A stretch of 64,000 bases of DNA from Styela clava. Its lineage: Eukaryota. The position numbers and the translations under genes are program-made. The stretch covers positions 18,476,001 to 18,540,000 of the forward strand of contig NC_135255.1 of NCBI RefSeq assembly GCF_964204865.1, written 5' to 3'. The notes below the pieces were generated by a model. The model was not told the DNA's origin. It was given only the letters and a program-made list of their open reading frames with translations, and searched no databases. Positions 39,769 to 53,589 of this stretch are shown here, in pieces. Position 1 is the first letter of the stretch. The number at the start of each line of letters is the position of its first letter.

Positions 39769-41592
39769 CTAGTTGACAAAACAATAAATCGCCCCCTCTC
39801 TCTCGCTGTTTTATGAGGAGCCAAACCTTCGCTTCGTGTAAGGTCCTAATCATCCATGTTTTAAAATGAATTTAGTTAAAAGAAAAGTGGGACGAACGGA
39901 ACCGTGTTTCCCTCTAATTAGAAATCATTTGAAATCGATTTTCCATTTTAGGTACGAAGAAAGAGACTTTTTTCGACAACTACAATCACCAACAAGAATA
40001 GTTTAGCAAAACGATCCTGCAGAATCTACACTTTGTGCCCAATAAGTCTTCTTCCACCTACTTTTTTAAGTACTCAATCTTTGAAATTGATTTTCCATTC
40101 GATGCTGGGAAAAAGAGACTTGATTCAACAACAACAATCACGCAAACAACAAGAAGAATTCAACAAAACGTTCCAGCAACATGTACACTTCGTGCACAAT
40201 AATATTAATGAATTTTAGATGAAAATGTAACAGTATTTTTGAAAACACGTGAGTATTATGACTTACCATGGATCGCGTCTTCCATACACGGTAAGTATTC
40301 GTAATCTATCTGAAATTTCCGAGGATACATCAATGCATAGAAATTAGGCGATGGTTTGAACTTTACAGTAAATGAATCAATTTCTTCATAGTTGTGGAAT
40401 CTTTGTGTACATTTCTGCGGCATTTTTATGTTTTCTAATTTTCGACATTTTTGATTGCTCCCGTGGAATATAAGACACGTGCCATTGGAAATCGTTGCAA
40501 TGTTTGTTCCTTGAAATAAGATAGTTTTTAATAAAACACAGTTAATAACTACGGGGATAAATCGGCTCAAATATTAGTACGGTAGGTGTTAAACGTGTAC
40601 TATGTAAGATCGTACTACCAAGAATGAATCATACGTTAGTTGGAAATCGAGTATAAATTTGATTTCTGCAACAAATTTTTTAGATATCACTGACGTTGGT
40701 TTTAGAAAATTCGCTTTTCTCAGCAACCAATGGACCAATTTCGGTATTTGACGACGGTCAAGTCTACTAAGAGGTAACTCTTTTTTTCAAATTTCTTTTC
40801 ACGAAAACACTTTGCTGTTTTATTATAAATAATAGGGAGCACTTTTTATTAGTCACGCCGGTATCGATGCGTGACCTACGCGTCCATTTATTCGATAATT
40901 CCCCTCTTTTTATATAAGAAAATAGGAAATGAGAGTAGTTGTTGTACAACTAGTTACCGTTAACGAATAAACTTCCAGCAAGATACGTGGTCTTAGATAT
41001 GAACATCATATTCATTGTACGAACAAACAAAACCAATGAAGAATTCTGGGAAAATTTGTGATGAGGAAGATTCCACGTTCTGCAGTTGCTTGACCGAAAC
41101 CTTTCTGGATAGTTTGGTGATTGAATGGACCCGTTTGTTGCTGTCATGCTTTCCATTATCGACGTGGACACGCTGATATAACGTTTTGGATCAACAACGC
41201 TGTGTGAATATAAAATGAAAAATGGTCAATTTTGTATTTCAATCCTTGACGATCTGAATATTACTAATTTATAATTATAATGGATAAAACAACTTGCTAA
41301 TATTCAAATTGATATATATAATGCAATGTTATTTATTGAATCTGTAACAAAACTGGCACTCCAGAAGTATGTGAAAGTAACTAATTTTGTTCGCCTACTT
41401 TACGTCGAGTTCTGTAAAGGGAATGAAGCCCATGGGCAGGGGCTATGTATTTATTTACCTGGCAAACACAGACAGTCCCCGAACTCGTAGTAGAACTAAA
41501 ATACAAAAAATCGGAATAAAATTATGGTCTAACCCTAATCTGGTACACATACTACGGAAGTATATGAAAAAATTTATTAACAAACTAAACTG

Positions 41593-42030
41593 CAGGGGTC
41601 GGCAATCTTTTGTCGCTCGCGGGCCAAAATCAAAAGTTGCAAGTCATTGGCGGGCCGCACATATTTTCAGAATGTTAAAAATCGAATGGATGACCAATGA
41701 ATCACATTTTATCACACAGATCAGAAGTTAAATTTTAAGCAGCGCGCGAAGACTGAACATTTGAATATTTTTTGCGCCAATAAATCATTTGCACTTAGCA
41801 TCAACTTTTCTGCGTTTTGTTGTCATTTGGCTAAATTATAATTGAATTATAGGCTCACTAAACGAGTAATTGTGAAATATATACTTGTTACGTTTTAATA
41901 TAATTTAGTCTATATGTAAATTCTTTTGCGTAAAGAATATAATCGACAAAACAGCTATAATTCGTTACTATAATTCAGTGGAGCGTCGCGGGCCGGATCC
42001 GGCACGCGGGCTGTAGGTTGCCGACCCCTG
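41593..42030. mobile_element. hAT-type MITE in intron 1 of gene D
   Basis: Perfect 13-bp TIR caggggtcggcaa / ttgccgacccctg; TSD imperfect. Confidence 0.85.
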
Positions 42031-44608
42031 AACTAAAGGGACGTTCCATCTGTCAACAATATATCGCAGACTGACATTTGTTCTGTAAAATATAGGGTGA
42101 TACAAAAAACTCGAACTATTCTTTGGCAGTTTGTTACATAGTTTAAGTACTTACCTATCAATAAAGGAATCCCAAACATCTCGTCTCCTAATATCTTCAA
42201 TTTCAGTATAAATATCATTAAAATCCAATGCCTGCAAAATTGAATCCAGCTCTCTTTTTAAAACAAACCGCGAAGTAACGGAGCCAATCAAATTAGCGTC
42301 ATGCACATAAGTAGATTCTGAATTATCTCAATTCAAATTATATTTCACTGTAAAAAATATACGTATTTTTCATCTGTAAATGCCCTGCGATTTTGCATGC
42401 TTATAAAAAAGATTGATTGCTTTTTACCTTTACAGTTAGTTGATTTTCGCAAATATTTAGGTTAGATAAACTACTTTCTTGAGTAGGTATCTTAGTAAGG
42501 TGAGTATCCCACAATGTGACGTATGCATATGCATGTCATATATCCTTTCTATATTATATAATGAGGTATCATATGATGCCTCGTGTCGTGGGCGAGCATA
42601 TTAAATAACCTATTTTAATCATACTATAGGTACATTCAAATTGGTAAATGATTTCCAAATAATAAACTAATACGTGCAATCACAAGTTGCCCATTCATCA
42701 TGCATCAATAATTAGGTATCATAGGATAGCACTCTACGACCTTATGACTCGGTACTTTGAGTTGGCCCAAACATCTAATTTAAGGCGCTCGTACATGAAC
42801 GTGATTGATGGCGATTATTAATTAATTAATTAAGTTTGCACACATACGCCCCAACATTATCCCGCTTTAAAATTCGTTCCTTTTCGTTTAAACACAGCAG
42901 CCTTTTATAGTTGCTTGAGCCAGTAACCAGTAACTCGGAGCAAGTTAAATCTGAGTCATACGCATGAAGTGGTTCCAAATTAATTGAATTCAAATTCTAT
43001 TTTACTGTAGAAATTATTAGTGTTTTTCACCGATAATTGACATGTGATTTTGCAGGCTAATACAAATGATTGATTACTGTTCGCCTTCACCAAAATCCAT
43101 AGAATATTTTCAATTTTACGGGGTGTCTTGCGGGTGCTCGATATTTCATTCTAAATTTTTATGCTTTGTTTTATACATCGTGTCCATATATTTCTAGTTT
43201 CATTGAAAATCAGTGCAATGATTACAAATCACCGAAACTAATGATTGGACCCATATTCTGAAAAATATTGTATAAACGTGATGTGTGTTTATGCCGGTAT
43301 CGAGAGAATATTTTCCCTGATAGTAGGGCAATTAAAAGTAACAAGCAGAAAATCCGAATTCATTATTTGTTCTGGCTTGAGCAGGGTTGGTCCTGCCGAT
43401 TTGAGCCGGGTTCGTGGCATGCCTCATCTATGTATTAATGACGCATACCATAATAAGCAGTATCGTACCTACCGTAAGTAATAAGCAGCAGTTGATAGCA
43501 TTATATAATGTTACATCGTTAGATTTTCTTACCACAATGTAACTATGTTTAATAGCAGGTTCATGTTAATTCAACTCCTAAAACAATTTGGTTCGTTTCT
43601 CTTGCAGAAATCAGTCTTCAGTTACTTGAAAATTTGAAATTGACTGGTCTATCATTTTTGTTAATATTTCAATTTTCTTCACATTGTTAAATTTGAACAA
43701 GGTACTATATTAAGCAGCCACTATATATATTGAAAATAACATAATTGTAACAGAATCTCTCTAGTCTAGCATTGTCTACTCACTGTATCACACCTTGGGT
43801 GAGGTGGTGGGGCTTGGACTTAAACGCAAGAATTTCGAACTACGATACCAACGTAGTTAAGTCTAACGCTTTAACCACTATCAATGGCTCCAATAGGATA
43901 AAGTTTATTTTTCCAACAACATAGTAAAATGATCCAAATCCAATAAAGTAGTAATTTACAGTAGTATAATTTTATTCTACTTATTTTTAACTTTCAAATT
44001 GCAGAATTGTTTTAAGTTGAGACGTAACGCCATGACCTAACGCAATATTGTGCGCAGATTTATAGGAAACTATTCCTGAAACTCAACCTGACAAGCTTTA
44101 ATTACTTTTTTGCTTAAAATCTTTCTATCCAGATGAGCCGATTCGGATATTTTGTACAAAGCTCCGCCAACGCTCAAAATAAGAAAATTAGTAATTATCT
44201 AATCAGGGTCTGGAAATGCAATTTTTCAAAACATTCCTTACCTCTAGACTGGATAAATACTAATTTTTTATTTAAAAACGTGGCGGTAGTGTTTTTTTCA
44301 AATCTAACATTTTTTTTCAGGGCTTTATACAAAAGATCCCCCTATTCTATGCAAGCGTGTCTGCGCATGCTTGGGATCCTTCAACAAATAATCTTTCCAG
44401 TGTAAGTTAATATACTTTACATTACTTGTACACGTTGATAAAACAAATCGCTGTCTTATTAAAATTTTTCGATCACATGTCTTCCGAACACTGAGATTAA
44501 GCAACTCGAACGTCACATCTTCTGTGTAATGTTTGAAAGGTACTTGGGAAATGAACCACAATTAGCATAACTCGTGAGATGACTAACATACTTTCGATGC
44601 GTCTATAG

Positions 44609-47600
44609 TGCGTAGTTAATAACAAAACAAGCATCCTTAAACTTCCCAGAATTGTCAAACATTACGTATCTTAGCTATTAGTTGGGATTACGCGAGACCA
44701 ACTACTTTTCCTTGCTCCATGCCTTTGTGCAAATGGATCCGTGTAAACTATATTGCAAGGATGCTCTAGGAAGTTTAAAGATATCTATTCTGTTGTGCAT
44801 TCTATTGCTTTTCTTGTCTTTGTTGAAATATGCTTGTCTGACCTAGGTTAAACAAAACGTTACATATCAGTCAGTAATTTATTTTTTTCACCATGCTGAA
44901 AATACGAACTATAGTATACATACACAAATTAAAGGAAATATAAAAATTGCATTCCAGGGTGAAAGGAGACGCCGAAAACCAATACTGGTGATCGAGCCGC
45001 GGCACCCTTGAGGAAGAAATGCATGTAAAGACTCTTGTACTTGAACGTATAAGGCCCGAATGTTGTAAATTTCCAATATATGTTTTTGTTTGATAATGAC
45101 CAATGTATGAATGTCATAAAAGCGATTTAGTATTTTGTACGTTATCGAATTTTGTAAAATAATTCTGCAAAATAATTCATTCCAAACTTTGTTGTGCTAA
45201 GGGTTTGAATTGCACAACATAAGAGTATTCTACCTCTTCTTTTCTACGTAATCCTCCATTGAGTTGTTGGCCTAGTAACAAAGTCTATTAAATGTAACTG
45301 GGCCACATAAAAAAAAGTAATCGCCGACCCCTAGTTTGCTCATACAGAGTTAAAGTCTGGAGAAAAGTCTGTACTATGGAATATTATAACACGTGATATT
45401 TCGCAATAAAGTCGCATTCAATCACGAGTCTCCACTTTTTGACTGCCTATGACGTGGTTAGTGTAAATTAACTGGACGAAACCGCAACTTGATATCACAG
45501 ACGACGCTTCCGCGTTTCCCTGGAATTAGTAATAACAAAGGATGCAAAATACATTACTATAGACTGTAATTATTATACGGAAACTCTAAAAGCAGATTTT
45601 TTATTTTTCGGTCTAGACTGATCAGCATCACATATAATAGGCGGTAAATGGACATGGCTCCGTGAGACAATCTTACAAATTGCGATTACTCTTGTTCGAA
45701 TAATTGACTCTACGAAATGTTCTCGTTGTGTGCCTTACAAGTACAACCTTACCCACATATCGTTGTCACTAAAATAGTTTCCAAGAGGATGATGGTCAGC
45801 TGGGAAAGTACTCAAAAGTATTAACAAAAACAAATTACCAAAAAAAAAAAAAAATGGAAGTTGGATCGGATAACAGCAGGTCCATAATGTTAGCTCGAAC
45901 AAATATCAGTGGTTTCAGTTTTCCAGTTACCGAAATATAAGGAATGGACTAGAATAATGTGGAAACTTCCACTGTTTATCTGCGAGTATCTGCTTTTATC
46001 GTGTTTAAAAAAGCATCAGATACGTTTCATTAATTGCTTTTATAGGATGGTAGAGTATGATATATAGATCAGTGTCTGAAATGCATTTGAGACATATTAA
46101 TTTTATTTCCTTATTCATTGGTATTGGAAATTCGTGTGATTACGCATTGGTTGTCGCCTGGAAAAGCATATTCGGGGACGCAAAAACGAAACCCAGGTCA
46201 TTTGAAACACATTCCAAAAGCACGGGTTTTCAAATTTTTGGTGTTATGGTGCCAGTGAAGCGGTTGGCTATTATTTACGGAATGCATTAAAATAAAAACA
46301 AAAAAACACATTGTTATTATCCGAATAAATTAAAGCAAGGCGTTAACATTCAGACGCTGCCATTGTCAAATTTTATCAATGCCGATATTGTTTCTTTGGA
46401 CATTCACAAAAATAACCAAGTCGATAATAAGTAAACGAATAGCTCGTTTTTCTCACGGATCTCTGAGGCTCCGTATGCAGTACTTTGAATACCTATGTTC
46501 TAGATTATGATGCGGTACGTTTTTGTCGGTGGGCCATATCACCAATTTTCAGACATCGAGTTGGGTCACACAAAAAAATTATTTCTTTTGCTTACACAAC
46601 GAATTACAGTAATAAAGGTATCGGGCAAAATTACGAAAGATTTAACGCAGCGAAAAGAGCAAAAAAATGTACTTTTACCCATATGCCCTATGGGGGGGGG
46701 GGGGGGGGATCTGAGTTTTGAGAGGGACCACACAATACGGCTTGGCGAATTGAGTCGTGGCCCACGGGCCGCCTGTTGTCCTGTTCTTATTGGAAAAGAA
46801 CTTTCGTACTAAGCGTCCTAGATTACCAAAACTTTTGGGTACAATCATAGAAAAAAAGAGTTCAAGTGTTTAGAGAAGTTCATTTTAGTAATAAAAGTAT
46901 AGGTTCTATTTTTGATAACCCCGTACATAAATTTCACAGCATTTTTTTTTCACAGCACTTTCTTTCCGTGAAATGATAAATCTGCATTGGAAGAACGGGC
47001 ACAAAAATTTTTATGAATCCATATGAATATATTAGTAATTATACCGGGCTTCTTTATTATATTAATTCAGCCACGCCCATAATAAATCGTTAACAACCTT
47101 GTCCTCGATCGTCTTATATTTAAACTCATTACAGCCTTTCCCTGTCTCCAATAATAAAACGTGATATGTAATTAAGCTCATTTCATCAAGATTGTTTCAT
47201 AGGAAGTACAGTAAAACTAACTATAAAATATTCAGTGTTAAATTATACAATTGTACTTATGTAGGTTATAAAATCACCACGTCGAAAGCATACACTAAAC
47301 CCGGAGAGAATCGACTCCAACCACTTCTGTGCAACCCACATATTCCATATCCACCGCATTCTCTGGGATATCAAATCAGTTTCAGGATACGTCCGTTGAT
47401 CGCTTACTCACTATAGTTTTTGGAATTTTACTCGGCATAGTTTTGATGGTTTTGCTTTGGTTGCCGTGAGGTGTTGGTATATTATCAATTTTCGGATCTT
47501 TTGCACCAATCCCCCGACAACGCTCAAACTAATAAATTAAGTAATTATCCAGTTACCGTTATGAATGGAGATTGCTCTGGAAATTCAAATGTTTAAATCA

Positions 47601-48667
47601 TTCCCATCCCAATTGGATAATTACTAATTTGTTATTTTAAAACGTTGGGTGGGGGTGGGGGGTGTTTTTCTCAAATCTCACATTTTTGCATTGGTGCCGG
47701 GGGCTTTGTACAAAAGATCCCGCTGTTCTTTTTCCCCAATGATGCTTATCCGTTCAATTCAGGTTCTCAACCAGTGGGCCACAGACCTATTAGAAAATGC
47801 TAGAGTTGTTGATAAAGTTAGTTAAAATTGATGATTAGTAACAATTGATGATGATGTTTTTTGTTACAGGGTAGTTTTCCCTTACTTATTATTAAAGTGA
47901 AAGTGTCTATTTTTGCAGGAGGAATTCTATGTTTTTCTTAAAGTTTTTTTCCAAACTCGAAAGAGTTAGTTGGCCACAGAATTTTTGTCCAACGAAAATG
48001 GGACACGAAAGAAAAAGGTTGAGAACCACTGCTAGTTTTAAGTAATTGGAACTAGTATATGATATACGGTGCTATATTTTGCCAACATTATAGGATCAAA
48101 TAACATCGCATTAATATTGTTGTTTCTGTAACTTACCTGTACGGTGATTATGCCTTACTTTAATTAAGCAAAGTTTGATTGAAACCCGAATATCAGATTT
48201 TGATGTTGGGCGTTTTTTCTTTAAAGGAGTAAAAGGTGTTATATCTATTATTAAGAACAGGATTGTTTTAAATATCATATTGTAAAATTAACATTCTCTA
48301 TCATACGTATGAATAGCAATCAGATATTCTTGAATTGAATTAGCAACTAACCTTGAAAGCGTGTGCTGTGTGTTGCAATAAAATTACTATTTCTTTATTC
48401 AGATGCCAAATGGTCAATCGCCAATTACAAATACTGCAAAATGAGAAGCATGGACAATCTACAAATATGGAAACAACGGAAGAAGGTGAAAATCGGCACT
48501 CATTCAAATTAGCCTGACCCACTGGTAGAATAAACTGCTCCGAAACCAGCAACGTTACAAACCAAAGAAACGAACATACAATTTATAGTGTTATTAATAA
48601 ACAAGCAAAACAAAACAACGTGAAATCTGAGCAAAAGATTGTTGTCAACGAAATATATAATATGTAG
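44609..48667 (+). pseudogene. Gene F: decayed CUB/TM receptor
   Basis: Exon-2 remnant ~44630-44786 reads ASLNFPE…Y*…FVQMD…GSLKIS. TM exon 47265-47470 has two frameshifts (LLTIVFGILLGIVLMVLL). Last exon 48403-48667 has an internal TGA at 48515, then HTIYSVINK…KIVVNEIYNM*. Leader and exon 3 were not identified. Confidence 0.75.
47760..48031. mobile_element. hAT-type MITE
   Basis: Inverted ends ggttctcaacc / ggttgagaacc. Confidence 0.6.
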
Positions 48668-50790
48668 TGAGGCTGGGTGATCGCAACAAAACACCATAAA
48701 TTAGAGGTGCACAAAATGTGGCACTCGTGTCCAATATGGCGGGCCATATTTTAGAACGTGGCACGCCACATGTTCGAACGTGGCACGCAAACGGCTTGGT
48801 AAAAAATCATTCTAGTATTTATAAAAAAAATCCTATTATCTCACGTTTATACCAAAATAAACTTATATCACCATCAAAAACGTTTTTAAGGCAATAGTTT
48901 TAGAGGACATCGAAACTACCGGAGTGATGGTAATTCGTTTTTGTTTGTTCGTGTTTTACGGAAATCCGTATGCAATACGAACAATTATTCAAACGTGGCG
49001 TGGCACGCAACAAGATAGTTTTAAATAATAATAAATCTAAATCCCCCGAACTATATGCGGATTGAAGTCAAACAGTAATTTGAATAATTGGCGAAGTGGA
49101 ATTATTAAAATTTTATGTATATTGTTACAGTTCAATTTTAAAAGTTGGTAAGCGTAATATCGGACTATGCATGGTTGCCCTAAACGTCAGTTTCAAATAT
49201 ATGAGTCAGCGGGACATGCGATGAATATCATTCTCATTATATTGTTTGCGCATCTTTCCTGAAACACAATTGCCTCATATTTTGAAGTTGCAATACCAAA
49301 ATGTTGAATTACCATGCTATAAATTCAAGGGCCTACTACTTGCAAAAGAGCTAAGAATTAGGTAACTCAATTACAAACCATCTGTATAACATGTGAAACA
49401 TATCAAAGACATTAGTGAATAAATGTTATATATTGACTTGAATATGAACAATTATCTTGCATTTCTCTTCTATTAATTACAATTTTATAAGCAGGTGGAG
49501 TTTGTGAGCAGTTGGGTTTATTCATTTTCATTTCACATGCTTCTTTGGCACGAAATGTATATTTGGATAGTTTTTTATTAGTTTGTTTTGCTGTTAGTAT
49601 TTTACTTCTTATTGTTATAAAAATATTTTCTCTTCAACTACTGGGGTGATTGCTTTAAAATTTTTAGTGGTTTAGGATCATATTTCTCGCTAAAGGGCTA
49701 TTATTTTCATTTATTTCAAAAATTTCTGTGGTCTCTATGGATTCAGTTTTATGTGTAAGATGATCGAAATTAAAAATTGCGCACCTTGTGGCGTTCCGCT
49801 TTCGCGAAAGTTGATATCTGGTACCGGTAGTCTACTGTGACAGATTGCATACCCGTATTACTTCGTTTTGGGGTTTCGTGTCCATAAATTTGAGCATCGC
49901 TCTCTTGTTTACAACGACTGCTATAACACTTTAATGCAAATCACATTATCTGCTCATTACTTTCTATGTATTTTTTTACAAGTATACTGTGAATCATTTT
50001 TGCAAGAATCTGGAACGCTCAATTGAGGACGAATTTTTTCCTCAGGAGATCTGACACTGGCTGCTAGCTAAATGTATAAATATTCCAAACATTTAATTCT
50101 GGTTCTATGGCACACACACTAGAGATGCTATATTAAGTTGATGGCATTCATTTTACAGTTTTATAGATTGCTATGTTTTATCGAGCAAAATTCTACTTTG
50201 CGTATATTTAATGAGAGCCTACGGTGGAAGTGGAACGCAGTGTATTATACGAACATTCGAATCCAATAGGTGACGAATTTGATCTATTATATTTCCATAG
50301 ACACAACATCCACATGAACTGTGAATGACTTCCACGTATCGCAAACTTCCTTGTGTGATGCCACCGCTCAACGTTTCTAGTGTTCTCATTTTACTCGTTA
50401 TATTGATATTCGTTGTATTCCAGTGGTAAGGTTAAGAGATGTAATATGTTTTTGATTTATATCCAAGGGAAAATGGTACCAATAAGACAAATAGAGGAGC
50501 ACTGTATTTTGTCGGCTTACGAATTCGTCCGAGTATAGCATTATCGCAATAGTTGAGCTTTATAGTTTCGTAGGCGTAAGAGCTGTACTTTCATTTTTTG
50601 AAACGGGTAATGGCACAAATTGATGGCTTACCAATTTGTCCGGATATAGCAAGAACTAAATCATAGAACATTACAGTTTCATAGACGTATTGTACCTTCA
50701 TTTTTGAAAGGAGTCCTAGTATCACTAACAGTGTTGACCAGTTTTGCAAATAAAAAATGTCGGAGCCAAACTTTATGGAAATGGCAACTA

Positions 50791-51034
50791 CCGTGTTTCC
50801 CCGAAACTAAGACTTGCCTAAACTTTAAAAATGATTTTATTATTATAAGTCCTCTCCTAAAAATAAGACCTAGTCGATAACGCGATTTTTTTTTAAATAA
50901 AACTCGTAATTATCTACTTTTTAATTTTAAATTTGATAAATGAAAATAAAAAGCCATCCCCTAAATTAAGCCCTAGTGTTATGTTTCCGAAGAAAATTGA
51001 AATAAGACTTGAAGTGTCTTTCGGGGAAACACGG
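50791..51034. mobile_element. pogo/Tc1-type MITE with TA target duplication
   Basis: ta|ccgtgtttccccgaaa … tttcggggaaacacgg|ta; perfect 16-bp TIR. Confidence 0.9.
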
Positions 51035-51839
51035 TATGTCGGTCACATGATTTAACAAATCGTAAAAGGCTTGTGCACTAGATTCGTAAATTATCAAAAA
51101 GAATGTTACAAACCAATGATTGTTACTGTTTTGCTATCAAAATATCAGAACCGGATACCGCGCGTGAGGTGACATCCACGAAGAATAATCTCACCTAAAA
51201 GGCGGCAATAGCTTTTTGTTTTATTGTTTTAATTAATATACGTTTATATAGGATGTCCATGAGGTCCTGAAAAATTTTAAAATAGCAAAGGGTATTTATC
51301 CATACTATATATTGTTTTGGCCTTCACAGATGTATTAAATGAATTAAAAATACTTTAACAATTACTGATTAAAAAACAACAAACCTGGTTAAGATAAATG
51401 GAGAACTGACTTCGTAACAAAATTTGAGTTCAAAAGGGACTTTATAGACACTCTGTATTTATTACTAAAGCTGTTTCAGTGCGTTGAAAAACAAAACAGG
51501 GTGCTTCGGATAGTTTTCATGGTCTGTAAATTGTATATTGGACACGATTTTACCGAACAGTAACTAATGGACTAGTGGTTCCCAACTGACACACATGCTA
51601 CCTCAGGGATCGACAGAAGCATTTTGGGGTTCATGAGCTGGTACTCCCGAAGTGTGTGTACCAGGTTAGGGTTAGTGCAGTTCTATGACGAGTTCGGGTA
51701 TGGTTTGTGTTAGCCAAGTGAAATATACCCCCTATCCATATGTTTCAGTCCCTTTACACAATTTGATGTAATATAGGCAAACAAAATTAGTTACCTCCAT
51801 ATTGATACACACCTTTCTGGAGAGCCCTTATTCACGAGA

Positions 51840-51871
<32 letters not shown>

Positions 51872-53589
51872 GAACGAACAGTTTTAAGCACTTGAAAGAT
51901 TATAGGTTATCATATGATTGTTCTTGAATATATTACATTGGGGCCCATCTTGTTTCGTTCTCTATCTAGCTTTACGGGTTCTCAACACATGACTCGACAT
52001 AACCAACTTATATTATCAGTTAACATAAAAAGCACCGCACAGTAGAACAGTTACAAAATGACTACCACGTTTTACAAGGACAATCAAAGACATCAAACAC
52101 AGGTGGCGCTATAGGGTACATTACGTCATATCGTAACACATCTATGAGCTCCGAAAATGTATTATGAAAACAGATAGCAAAATGAAACTATTCTCTGTTG
52201 TTTTCTAATTTAGACGGCAAAACAAATCCGACTCTAGAAATCAGAGCATTGGGCAACACGATATCTCATCATATAAACGAATGGTTTTAATCACTTATTC
52301 AAAAATTATTCAAGTTTTTGACCAAGTTTAATTGGACATTTGACACTGGATTGTTCTTGAGTATATTGGATGTGTGAGTAATTTTTGACAGAGTATTTCA
52401 CATCATCCTACAAAGACGGTCAAGAGTGCAGTTTATGAGAAGCATTGTCCCGAGTACATAACACCATTAAGTGGTACAGTTCAAAGCAATCAATAGGGGG
52501 CGCTCCAGAAGTGTGTGTGTACCAATATGGAGGGAACTAATTTTGTTCGCCTACTTCACATCAAGTTGTATAAAGGGACTGAATCCTATCGGCAGGGGGT
52601 ATGTTCATTTGGCTAACACAGACAGTCCCCGAACTCGTAAATGAACTAAAAAAAAAAGGAAAATCGGAATAAAATTATGACCTAACACACATTACGGGAG
52701 TACGCAATAGGATTTATGACCCGGGTTGAGAAATTTGGGAACAACTGTCATAAACGAAACTCGTCCAATACTATATTTAGTGACAGTACACATTGTACTG
52801 ATACTGAAACGCGGGTATATGAAACATTCGAATTCAGTAGCTGACTATACTCATACTCCTATTGCTTACACCCGACTACATTGAGCGCCTATGACGCATT
52901 CTATTATTGCGCATTGCAAAGGATGAGCATTATATTACCGCAAACACTCCCCGTTTGATTTTGAAAACCGATGCACATAGTATTGTCGCATTATTCAGAG
53001 CGCTTGTACCACAGGAGGTATTTGGTTATGCGATCTAAGTGGTTGTGTTATTTTAGTTAAACTAGGATCGGAATTCTATGAGGATATCTTTATAAACAAG
53101 TGAACACTTTGAGCAAGTGAGGTCGCGTACCAAAGTGACACTCTATCGATACTATAGTATATACTGGGGAAAATAAAGAGGATATGATTTTATGTTTACC
53201 TAGAGGAGAGAAAAACCGCTAGAGAAGCCAGATAATTTGGCAATCACCTGTCTACTGTTGTTTTACTAATTCCGAATCGGAAGAGATACATAGTTGAATT
53301 GCCCCTTTTGTCGCGGTAATATAATTCTTCGTAAACTATGTAGATCTTCGTGTGTCCATAGGTGGATTAATTAAATATTCCAACACTTACAAGGCAAAGA
53401 TTTTTCACGATAAAAGTGCCTAAAAGCAAGTAAATATTCTTTTTAAAGGTTAATACCAACTAAATATTGACGCGTTGACTAACTGCTCCGACGACCCGAG
53501 TGATTCTACCTTCATAACTTCGCTGTCGTGAAACAAGGGTCATACTTCTGCATTCTCCGATTTGAACGATGCAACCACCGTTGGATAAA

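Larger units (their letters stand above)
38410..42179 (-). pseudogene. Gene D: CUB/TM receptor with the most canonical CUB N-terminus; 1-nt frameshift in exon 2 and tail truncated by a hAT fragment
   Basis: Exons 42179-42155 (MFGIPLLI), 41199-40958 (242 nt; ALLIQNVISACPR then shifted TATNGSIQSPNYPE…C.TW), 40509-40267 (…RKFQIDY…), 39153-38952 (TM VIAIVLGILLLVVLIALFVLIV) and 38569-38410. Confidence 0.8.

Noticed and set aside
45600-45810. Candidate exon 3 of pseudogene F
   Set aside because: Cys-containing but contains stops and could not be aligned confidently.
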